Shown: positions 36,401-47,900 of the stretch, piece after piece
How the letters are laid out: every line of letters begins with the position of its first letter
How positions within the stretch are numbered: the stretch's first letter is position 1
DNA from: Amoebophrya sp. A120
Taxonomy: Eukaryota; Protista; Dinoflagellata
Direction: 5' to 3'
DNA: 64,000 nt
Assembly: GCA_905178155.1 (NCBI GenBank)
Contig: CAJINV010000022.1
Span: forward strand, 372,001-436,000
Notes under the pieces: generated by a model
Seen by the model: the letters and a program-made list of their open reading frames with translations, nothing else
The model's database searches: none
Told to the model about the DNA's origin: nothing
Program-made: the position numbers and the translations under genes

Positions 36401-39400
36401 CACATCTTATGCGAAACAACGCGGCCCATCTTCCCCTTCTTCGATCAGTCAGATGGAGAAAGCCAAGCAGAACAAAAAGGCGAATAAACCAGCAAAAGAC
36501 CAACAAGAATCCGCCTTACCAACAAGCCAAATCAACGGTCCGGCGGAAGACCCGTACTCCTGCGTTTCCTTCGAGAAGCTCTGCCCTTTGAAAAAGCCGA
36601 GACCGAAAACGGGACAAGAATCCGACCTCAAAACTTGGGCGAAGGAGAACCAACGGGAGCTACTGGCCTGCTCGGAAAACTTCATCCACATCCTAGCGGC
36701 CATACCCCCGGAATTCCGCATGCACCCGGAGTTCTTCCAAAAGTTGGGTTCTGATTTTGTGCAATATTTCAAGAAAATCCGGCAAACGAGGCGCGGAGTG
36801 GTCGAGAAAAACGACGTTCTTGTCGAGGAAAAGCAACTACCGAGTCAGGTTGATCCTCAACACCAGGAACAAGAAAGCAAGGTAGACGAAAGCGACAACA
36901 CCTTTACCTACACAGCGTTCTCTTCTTCAACAGCACAACGACATCCGGAAAGTACTAGAACCACAAAAAGCCAAAACAACAACAAGCAGATTCAATATCT
37001 GAAGACCCTTGCAGGAAAAAACGTCGCCTTCGGCACTGGCGCGATCGGGTTGTCCCTCCAGCCGGACGAGCGGTTTAAACTGGTCAGACATTTGGAGCAC
37101 ACAAGACGAGTCTTACGGAACGTGTTCCGGGCGGACAATTACCTTGTGGTTGGGAAAATCTACGAGCACATATTGAAAACTGGTGTAGTCGTTGGGGATG
37201 CGAAATCTATGAAATTCTCCTCCAATCGGTGCATTAATTTGATTCCGTTCCGAACCATTTTCCGTGGGCTAGTGGAAAGATGCGACGCCCGGGGGGTACA
37301 CGCGGTGCCGTTTGCGGACTGGTTTTTGGAGAAAAAGATCGGAAAGGACTTGGAATTGGACTTGATCATGACAGAGAAATCAAATCAGGACAAAATAAAA
37401 ATCGCGAAGATAACGAAAGATTTGAACGCGAAAGAACGAGGTTTGTATGAAAACAACCAGGATGAACTGCAACACGGCGCAGTCTACCTCCCGCCGATGC
37501 CGGAAGAAGAGGTGGAAGGGGAGTTGCGGAAATATTTGGAAGATTTGGAATCCTCACCCTTTTTACCGGAAGAAGAAGTTGTTCTACCTAGTGGCACAAC
37601 TTCTCCTGGGCAACATCAACAACAGCCAAGAACGACGCAAAAAATCAACATTGCCACGAACATCGACCGTGTTGCGGTGATCAAACAGGGAGCAGGTGGA
37701 AATTCAGGCGGGTCTGCTCACCCGAAGGATTTTTTCTCAACTTTACCACTACCCGTCGTGAACGAATTCGCGAGGTTGAAGCAGTTCCAAACCGTCGAAC
37801 AGTCGTTTTTAAAATTCGCCTTCCCGCTTTATTTGGTTGAGGAATCGCAGACGAGTGGGAGGTGTTTAAGAGAAGGCTCTTGCTCCATTCTGACCGCGCC
37901 TGATCCGGCTAATGGCGGGAGTTTCTCCATTGCGCACCCGATGTTTTTGCACCGGGACGAAGTTGTAGGGGGAGGTGACGAAATACTAACCAGTGCTGAG
38001 CAGCAGCATCCCCATCCGAGGAACATCAAGGGCAGCACGAAAATAAACACTTCTATAAAACGAGATGTTGACTTCATCGGCATTGCGACCGAGAATGCCT
38101 GGATGCAACTGTTAGACGGGAAATCTCCGTTCGAAAGACAATACCTTTTGAAGCAAGCGCAGGGCATCGTCGGGCCGGAAACGGATGCGGTGCTGCTGTT
38201 GCACATGAGTAGGTACTTGAAAAAGGCAAGGAAGGTTCTTGTGGAGGTAACTACAACAAGCGGAAATAAAGACCATGATGCTGGTAATGTGCAGATCGAG
38301 GACGCCGAAAGCGACCAAAAACTCCAGCTGCCTCTTTCGTTCGCGCAACACGTCCTGAAGCACGACCATTTCTTTGTCCACATTGAAAGGGACTTGTACA
38401 CGCCGGCGAGGTTGGCGTCGGACTTGATCATGGCCATGGATATCACGAAAGAGATTGTGGACCAGCAGACCATCAATTCACCCTCATCTTCACAAAAGCG
38501 CAATACAAATCCGGCCCGCGCGAAACAAGCACAACAGGAAAGGAACCAGCAGACCGCTCGTGTGTCTGTTCAGGAGAAGAGGCAGAAGGGGTCGATCCAT
38601 TTCGCCAGCAGGTTGTTTTTAGACTTGATGCGGAAGCAAAGGGCCGATCAAGTCGCGGAGAGTCTGACACTGAGTAGGGAGCAGAGAAACAAGCTGAAGC
38701 CGTCGGGGAGCAGTAGTAGAAAAGGCACGGGCGATGAGGTACTAGATGAGCAGGACAACATGCAAGAGCTAGAGCCTTCTCTTGCTTCCGAACTTTTCCG
38801 TGAAGTGCAGGACCACACTTTTTACACCGGGCCAGCACCGTCGAGTAGTACCTTTGCAGGTGCTGAGACCACAGGCACTGATATGGAAATCGAAGAGGAC
38901 CCAGTGGACGAGGAGCTGCGCCACAGGGAGCACCCCCGGGGGGATGATGTTCTTGACGCAACTTCTCATACCAAGCAGGCGGCCGTCCGTGACAAGGGCG
39001 CCTTGTCTGGATCTTCAGATTCATCGTCGACAAAGAACCTCGAGCAGCAACCACCGACCTGCGACGGTGGAGTAAAGCCCGCCGATGGAAGAAGTACAAC
39101 TGGTAGTAGCTCCCCTGCGTCGACTTCTGGCAACTACGAAGCCCGATCTTCACCTCAGCCCTGCGCGTTGGCAAAACTCGCAGACGAGGAGGATCAACTT
39201 TTTCAGCAAATCAAGGAAAGCGAGTTATCTTGTGTAAAAACGTTCCCACCCCAGAGTCAAGATCACTGGGATTTTGCAACACAAAACCAGAAGTTTTGGG
39301 AGATGCGCATGACAAGTTTCTACCTGTAGCATAGTGCAGGGTAGCTACTGCGGCCGCATGAGAAATCCATCCCCTCATTCTGAAAACAGCATGACAACCT

Positions 39401-42400
39401 GCAAAACACCATGTTTAAACGCTTCTCATGTTATTGCTGCGCATGAGAAACGTTTCTGGCATGCAAACTTGCATTACAACTCCGGGGAGTTGGGGACGTT
39501 TTTACACAGGATACGAGTCGCCTGACTTTTACGAGCAAGACTTTGACGAGGAGATGTTGAAGGAGCAAGATTTGAATTTCCTGGAGAAAAACCGAGATTC
39601 GGATATGGATTTTGCACCACCAACACCTGTCGGCGCAACAGAAGATCTAGTAGTACCTACGGGAGCTGCTTCTTCAAAAGCTTCTGCAACAAACGCAAAC
39701 GATGCATCTCAGTCAAGTACGTCGTCGGCTTCGTCCCCAACCAGCTTGGCAAAATACCTCCGCCACCTCTTCTTGCCGACAAACCCGCCAAAAACCGACG
39801 GCGATAGCACTGATGGCGCATCTTCTGCATCACAAGAAATATTAAACGCAAGGACGAACTCCGTCTCAACTACGACCTGTGGCCGCAACAAGCAGCAAGA
39901 CACCGACTCAATCGACGCGGCGAAAGAGGCTTATGGGGCTCTCAACTGTTACATTCTCAACTGTTACATGATTTGTCATGCAAAATGACCATGAGCCACC
40001 ACAGGATCAAGCTGCTTCGCATGACAAATTGTCGGAGGTCTAAATTAATAGCACTAGAATCCGCACCAAATCTGTAATGCAAGACGCGCAATGTTCTCCA
40101 CCTCACCTGTGCTATTCTTGCATTACAAATTCATGTAACAGTTCAGAGTGTAACGTTTGAGAACGCCATAAGGCTAGTTTGGCCGTTTTGAAGCTTGGCA
40201 TGGTTCACCGACCGGAGTTGGTGGGGGAAATGTGGAATTTGCTGCAGCAAACCGCGGTGGTGATGACGCCAAATACGCAGAGTCCCTGTGTCGCTGGAAT
40301 CACAGAACTGGATGAGGATCATTCCTCGTCAACAACATCCTCAAGCAAGACCACTGGCCCGGAGTTTTTGGAGAAAGTGCGGAGACTGGCGAGAAGGCTA
40401 CCTTTACAAGAGGCGATGAGAATCATCGAAGAAGGGGTGGAATTAGAGAAAGAACTTTTACCAACTGCATTTTGCTCCAGCTTAACCTGCCAAAGCCCTC
40501 TGGGGAAAACGGCAGAAGAGGCTTTGCGGAGGGAAAAGAATTGGAAAAGTGAAAAAATCGCTCTTCCCGGGGGAAAGACGATTTTTGACCGCCGGGCGGA
40601 CCCTAGCAGAGGAGCGTCAGCGGGTACCGCAAGGCGGGTAGAGGTGAAAACAACTACAACGACTACTTCTTCTACCTCATCTGAGCAGATCCCCGCTGTT
40701 GAGGCAACTACCCCAGTAAAAAACGCGCCCGAGCAGACAGAGATCCTACCGTTACTCGAAAACCACATTTGCCGGGCGGCGCAGCAGGTGCAAGGGTTGA
40801 AAAGACAACAGCTCTCGGTGCCGAAAAGAATCCGGTACGCCATGAGAACGCTGTTTCTAGTGGCGGACATTACCTGGCTGGAATATTTGTTAACCAGGAT
40901 GGACAGTGTAGATTTGTTTTCCGGCGGGGGAACAGGAACAGCGTCTGCAGCAATGGATGATCATCCACAGAACGAGGGGCCAGGTCGTGCAGCCTCAATG
41001 CACCCTGTGCACGGAGCGTCAAATCTGTACTCCGCACAAAACACAGGGTCATCTCGTGCTGCTGACGGGAAACAGCCGACGACGTCGCCAGCCTTTTTCT
41101 TCCCGAGGGAGTTTTTCAATCGTCAAACTGTATTGTTGCCCCTGGTTCAGCAGTGGCAGACGGCTAGGAAGTTGCTGCCGACACAAGTAAATGCTGGTGG
41201 TGGAGCTGCAAGTAGAAACAGCCACCCGCAACAAGACGACGCTGGCACAGCCACCAGCAGCTCTTCGCCCGGAACTAACACCGAATTCAATTACGAGGGC
41301 AACGCCTGGCGCATGACACCGCAACAACGACGGGACTACGCGGATGCGATTAAAACCATTCAGGAATTGTTATGGCGCTCTCAACTGTTACATTCTCAAC
41401 TGTTACATGAATTTGTCATGGAGAACTACCATCAAGATTCACACGGGAAAGCTGCTTCGCATGACAAATTTGCGAAGGGCTAGACAGCGCCTGAATCTGT
41501 GCAAAACTTGTAATGCTAGAACCTCTCCCCTTTCACTTTTGCAATTCTTGCATCGCAAATCCATGTAACAGTTGAGAATGTAACAGTTGAGAGCGCCATA
41601 ATTGTTCGCGTCAATCCTATCCTGGGCAATTAAGAACAACCAGGTGGAGCGGAAATTAGCGGAGATCGGCGCTACGAACATGTTCCCAGGGAATAAAAGA
41701 CCGCAGTTGTTAAATTCCTTGAAAATGGACCAGCTCGCCGGGGAACTCCGCGACGGGAGCAATAGGGAGCAGGCGGAGAAGCATTTACCTTGGCACAATT
41801 GGCGGACTGATTTGTCGACAGAGATTTTGTTTGTTCAGCAAGACCAGCTCCCATTAACAGTAACTTCTATGAACTTTGTTTCCGCCGCATTGAACATCGG
41901 CACGAAAGTATCCATTAGATGAAAAACTGTGTAAGTGTAACTCTGTGTTGCAGACGATGCAAGACACTTACAACCGTCATGCTGGACATGCGTCAGAGGC
42001 TCTTTTCGTGCGTGTTTTCACGTACTAGCTACGCATGACAGGTTTTTTCTGTCATGCAGCGCAAACTTCTGATGCTGTTCCCCCAAGAAAGTTACACTTA
42101 CGCAGTTTTTTTCTTGCATAGAAAGTCGCGAGATTAAGACGGTTTCTGAAGAAGCACAGCAAGGACGCGCGGCCGGAAGTGTATTACGATAATGTCGAGC
42201 AGTTCCGGCAGATCAGGGAAGAAAATCACTTGTACGACAAAAATTTCGACGAAATGGAAAAGAAACAGCAGAACCGGGTAGCGCGAACCGTTTTGTCGAT
42301 CGCGGAGGAAGATATCCCAGACTTGAGGTGCAGAATTTCGACAGGCACGTCGACTCCTGCTGGTGTTCATCAAGGTGGTGCATCAACCTCCTCTGCGGAT

Positions 42401-43390
42401 CACAACATCCATACGGCTTCAAGAACATCATCCTCGCAAGTGGAAAATCACTTTTCCTGCCCTTTACAAGATTTAGAAGACTCGGTCCGGACTATGGTCC
42501 ACACCTGCGCCTATCCGGTAGACGACAGTTCCCAAGTTTTGCAGCTCGTCCAAGCCACTCTGTCGCTGACTTTCCACGCAAACAACGCTTTGACTGTAGG
42601 GATTCGAGACGCACACGGGCCATGGGGAAAACAAAGCGAGCGGGTAAGACAAAGGATGGAGGAGAGAAAGGATCTGTACAAAAAATCCTTCTTCGCCTGG
42701 ATGCGGAAGATGCTGTGGCTCATGATCCACGACGGATTACGGACCGGCGCGAAGGTGAAACTGAAAAGAACCTGCAACAACGATAAACTTTTTCCAACAA
42801 CCGTTGCTCTTTCCATGTACCCGCCGATTAAGATGCCAGCAAATAAAGAGTCCGCTGCAGGTCTACATCTCCCGAAACGCCTTTCCTGCTCGGAAAAAGC
42901 ACAGCACAGTGAAGTGGCGCGGTTGAGAAGAACAGGAGAGTACGTCACGGTGAAAGTCCTCCACTCGAACAATGCGGATTTTGACTTGACCGTGCAAACC
43001 GAGCCGGATCCGAGTGCAACGAGTTCTTCTTCTTCTTCTTGGGGTCGTTTCAGTCGCCAGCCGGCAGTGTCGATTATACCGCTGAAGATCACCGATTTGG
43101 ACTTGCAGAGCATCATCCCCTCCAAGGCAATGCGGGACGAATGGTTCAAGCTCGGGGCGAGGAAATGCATGTCCGAGGATTTTATGTTTGCACAGGACTG
43201 GGCAACGAATTTGTTGCAGGCGGTGAGTAAAGAAGTGGTGTTGGAGCAGAGAATAAATGCGGATGAGTCGATGATTTTGGAAGCGGCGATGATGCAAGAG
43301 GTGGCGGACAGCATGTCCCATGCGACTGGTAGTGGCGGTTCTGCTGGAGGTGTAAGAAATGTCAAGGGCGATGGGATCGCGGACGGTTGA
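27466..43390 (+). CDS. Giant hypothetical protein (~4,604 aa), Ser/Ala/Thr-rich, N-terminal hydrophobic segment and a probable TM helix; 10 exons separated by 9 introners
   Basis: ORFs starting at 27466, 32974, 33303, 33683, 34678, 35490, 39428, 40179, 41602 and 42179 join in frame when elements at 32892, 33189, 33412, 34371, 35245, 39226, 39932, 41371 and 41909 are removed with one TSD each (13,815 nt). Confidence 0.75.
32892..33048. mobile_element. Introner family J
   Basis: Ends ...TGTACATGTACGGGAAATTTGTATTGCATA; TSD TCATC. Confidence 0.9.
33189..33347. mobile_element. Introner family A
   Basis: Family A TIR; TSD GGCAC. Confidence 0.9.
33412..33678. mobile_element. Introner family B
   Basis: TATCAAATGTAAAAGTGTCTGGGTCTGGAAG TIR; TSD GTACT. 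Confidence 0.9.
34371..34631. mobile_element. Introner family B
   Basis: Family B TIR; TSD TACCT. Confidence 0.9.
35245..35496. mobile_element. Introner family B
   Basis: Family B TIR; TSD GCACA. Confidence 0.9.
39226..39513. mobile_element. Introner family F
   Basis: TATCTTGTGTAAAAACGT...ACGTTTTTACACAGGATA; TSD CGAGT. Confidence 0.9.
39932..40170. mobile_element. Introner family C
   Basis: Family C TIR; TSD AGGCT. Confidence 0.9.
41371..41600. mobile_element. Introner family C
   Basis: Perfect 39-bp TIR TATGGCGCTCTCAACTGTTACATTCTCAACTGTTACATG; TSD ATTGT. Confidence 0.95.
41909..42120. mobile_element. Introner family D-like
   Basis: AAAAACTGTGTAAGTGTAACT...AGTTACACTTACGCAGTTTTT; TSD GAAAG. 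Confidence 0.85.
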
Positions 43391-44940
43391 AATGTACACT
43401 ATTTCCAACGGTAGGTTAGTCCGCCTAGCTGTATTTCGGTCTATGAATCAACAGCATCAGGCCTTGAAATCAATGTAGATTTATTATTCTGGTTTGAATT
43501 TGTACGGCTATAGCTAGCGACTTGTTTCAGGTCGGTTTCAAGTTTCAGAGAATTTAGTCAAGGCGTTATTTTGAATCATTTTCATCACACATTTTAGTTT
43601 TTGCAACGTTAAGATCAAAAAACAAATTGCGATAGTATAACTGCTTTACGTTTTTCAAGAACATGAGTGCCCTTGCTTCTGCGGGTCGTGGCACAATAAG
43701 AAATCACTTCTGCAAAACGTCTTTCGATGGTTAAGTTGAGTTTGCATCAAACAAGAGAAATACCCTGTATGTCTGTTTGAATAAAACTACTCTTTGATGT
43801 ACACGTTGTTTCTTCAGCTCTCTTCAATAGATTGTCTCCATCTTTGCTTTCGAAAAATGAACTGCGAAAAGAAAAAATCAAACGAACGAACTGTGCTTCT
43901 TTTCATGCGAAAGGAAATTTCGGCTTTATCAATCTTTCAGTTGAGAACACAGATTTTGTCTAAGTATGCGCAGAACTGATGCCATTTGTTTTGAATTTTG
44001 CGTGTTGGAAAAAACTCAACAAGAAATGAAGTGTGCCAGTGCTTGCTGGTAAGCGGAAAAAATAACGCACCCACGGCTTTTTTGCTCACGGCCGACTTCT
44101 CTCTAGATGAAGGACTAGTGGAGAAATAACGGCAGCTGAATGTGTCGGTGTTGCAAGTCAGCAGCACTTACAGTTGCTTGAAGTAAGGAATAGAAAGTAG
44201 AACAAGCGTGCCATCGGTGCTAGAGGTTTTGCTGTGAGGACCTCGAGAGCGTCTCGTCTGTCTCGTGAGATAAATAAGTGGCCAACGGATTCTTCGACAT
44301 TGTGGCTCGACTTTGTAATTATATCTATCGGCTTTTTTGACTTTTTTTCCGCACGGAGCCGAGCATGTGTCTCCTTCGACTGGTAGAGACGAGAAGATGA
44401 AAGAGAGTTTTTTCGTCTTATCGATTCGGGTCATCTCGTTCGGTCCAAATTCGATCGGTTTTTATTCCGATCGGTTGGGAAACGATAACGAAAACGAGCC
44501 CAGAAGTGTCGACAGTCGAGCTCTCGAAGGCATATACTCATTTCTTTCGTTGCTGTTGTGTCGCCAAAATTCTTCACACCACACAGGCTTTTGTAGTTGT
44601 GCCCCCCACTTAACAATCCCTACCCCTTCGTCCCCGCGAAGAAAGAAATCTATCCCCCGACCCAACACCGCCCTCCAATATACTAACTTAGCTCCTTAAA
44701 ATCGCCGCTAATGTGGCACTATTTCTCCCATGAAGAACTTTCTTTGAGCCTCTTCTTACTTGGAAAATATCACGAGCCACGTCTGTAGTACAGTCGTTTT
44801 CTGTTTTTTTCCGCAATGACGGGGACGAGTTTCTAGAAAGTCAAGTATCAGTACAACTTTTGTTTCTGTGTTATGTCAACTTTTACAAATTTTCAACCCA
44901 AAGTCAAAATCTAAAGACAAAAATATAATTATATCAAAAA

Positions 44941-47900
44941 ATGCACGCGGACCTTGCAAGCACAAAGACGTTTCGCGCGTCGTTATCTTCATCAACAAAC
45001 ACCAACGCCTTCGTCTCCCCGCGACCGACTGTAGCTGCAATGACGCCAGCAATTGTGCCTGCCAGTGTCAGCATGACAAATCTCGGGCAAGAAACGAGCG
45101 ACATCATGCTTTTAACCAACAATCAGAAGCGAAGCCAGACATGGCACCAGCATCCGGTTTGGTCCAGACTGATGTTTCTCCTCTTCTACGCGACGTTATT
45201 CTATTCATCCGGTGGTCCGTTCTTCTTTCTGTCGCTGTTGCAGCAGACCAACGTGATTTCTTCTTTCGTGAAGACGCAGTGTGTGAAAACGACGACAAGT
45301 TCACCAGTGGAAGAGATCGTAGAAATCTGCGAGAAGCCGGAATTCCCGATATGCAAATTTTGCAAAAGTATCGTACTGTAGTGCAAATTGCATTATACAA
45401 GTTTTTTGCTCAGCATGACAAATGGAGCTTGTCATGCTGCTGTACCTTAGGAACAGCGCATTTGTCATGCATATTTGCAATCAGTATGATACTTTTGCAG
45501 AGGATACCCGAACAGTTACGAGAATTTCTTTTGGCGAGTCGGGTTTCCGTTAGTGTCTGACCCGTTCGCGGTGTTTTTTCCGACGTTTGAAGAGAAACAT
45601 TTTGAGAAACTAGAGCAGCTGGGAAGCAGTAGTACGACGCAGCTCCTTTTCGTGGAGCAACTGCAACAGACAGCGACAGCAACTCCGCCAGCGGAAGCTG
45701 CTACACCACGACAACCCTCGAACTACGAGATCGACCAAAGTACGGACAGCTACCTCTTTCCCGAAGCCGCCGTTGTGATCGCGGCGAAGGAAACGGCGGT
45801 AAGGGAGAAGGAAATTGCGGAAGGGAAAGATGTGAAAAAGCACACCCCGCCGATCCAGTATAAGAGCAAGGAGGAATTGGAGAAAGAACAGCAGAAAAAT
45901 CAACCGAAAGTCATCCACGCGGTAAGTGATGATGACGCGCTGTTTCCGAAGGGAGGGAGTAGTAGTAGTCACGGGGATGATCATACTAGCGCAGCAGCAT
46001 CAGCACCCGGAGCAGGTGTTGAAACATCTTCACAGTCAAACAGCATAGTAGATGAAGACAAAAACACGAAAACCTACTTCCACCTGATGTCCCTAATGGG
46101 GCAAAATTACTTTGCGTTTTCCCTGCCCTACTACGTTGCGGCGTTTTTATTGGAGAACTACATCATCTACTTCGTAATGACGAATATGCAATACAAATTT
46201 CCCTTACATGTACAATATGCATCACAAATAATCTTCCAGATTTCGCATTTGAGTGTAAAACTTGTCATGCTAAACTAGGATCGAAGCCAAGTTTTGCCGT
46301 GCAGGGATCGCATTTGTACGTGTACGGGAAATTTACTGTGGATAACAAAGGAGCTCCGGCACCAACCCTCGTTACCCGGCTCCATCGCGAACCTCGGGCA
46401 GGGGGTTCTCATGTTTCTCTGCAGCCAGATGCTGTTTCTAAACTACAAGGACCCGGTTTATTCGTTTATTTGGCGGCATTTTCGGGTGACAGACAACTAC
46501 GTCGCAATGGACGATGTGTCGAGCTACTACGCAATAGAAACAACGGGAGTTTCATCTTCAAGTGGCTTACCAGGCGTTACCAAAACTCTCGTCCCAAATC
46601 CGAATTTAGCGCAGACGAATTTCCAATACAACCGCTGGCAGCACGAGTACCCAGCGTTGTTTCAGATCTTCAGCTTCTACCTCTGTTTACTGTTGCTCGA
46701 TTTCTTCTACTACGCCTGGCACCGCGCGTCTCACCGGATTAGCTGGCTCTGGGCGGCGCACTGGGTGCACCACAGCACGGAAGAATACAACATTTCCGTC
46801 ACCTTCCGCGAACCCGTCTGGTGGAGCGAAATGCTAATCCCGTTGCAATTCGCCATCATGCGACTGCCATTGGCGATTTTAGGATTTCCAGTCGTCTACA
46901 TGAACACAATTTCGCTGAACGACACACTCTACATGAACATGCTCCACACGGAGTTGATCGATCCTCTCCCCACGGTGGAATTGCTCTTGATGACGCCATC
47001 GCTGCACCGAGTGCACCACGCGCGGAACCTCCGGGCGTTAGCGAAGAACTTCGGCTCTTTATTCAGCATCTGGGACCGGCTGTGCGGAACGTACGAGCCG
47101 GAGATCTTACCAGTGGTCATCGACGGGAAGAAAAAATCAGAAAACGAAGTTCTCACCGTGAAACACCCGACGCAGTTTGTCAGCGAGAAGGTCGTCGCGC
47201 CAATAGTGTCCGCGGAGAGTGGCTGTGTGGTGAAGGAGGAGACGACCGAGGAATCGGTGATGCAGGACGTGGAAAAAAGCAACAAGGAAAGTCTTGCTAC
47301 TTCCGGTTCCGCATCACAAGTTGTCGAAGATGATCCGACAGCGGCGACTGGCGGCTTGAAAAAGCGGATCGGGCAGTTTCTTTCCTGGACAGGTACAACT
47401 ACGAATATTTCCGGCCCACAGCTGCAACAGCCACTCGTAGTGCAGGAACAGCATGACAAAAAGGAATCACTACCGAAAACACCATCACAAAAACCACCGC
47501 CCGAGAACACTAAGACCAGATCCTTCTTTGCGAATAGATTCACCGAAACCCTCTACCTCTTGACGAAATTCTACCGAGTCAGGCGAGACACGAGGAAGTG
47601 CAAAGACGACAGAGAACCGCTGCGGTACGGCGTCATCCCGCAATTTCACTCCTACGACATTCTCCAGCAGAACTGCACCCACTGGTTCTACATGTTTCTG
47701 GAACAGCCACGGTTTAGAGGGCACGGAATTTTAGCCCCTTTTCTCCACTGGACGAAGCCAGGCTCGAAATGTCCGCCATTATCCGAACGGTCGAAAGTCA
47801 ACGGCTACAAGAAGTACAAAGCGGACGCTTTACACATCGGCTGGTCGTTGTACGTGATTTTCGAGTTCTTGATTTTCTTCGCCTCCGCGCTCGGTTTCGT

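Noticed and set aside
27764-43408. Numerous minus-strand ORFs up to 284 aa
   Set aside because: Antisense shadows of the long + strand coding exons.
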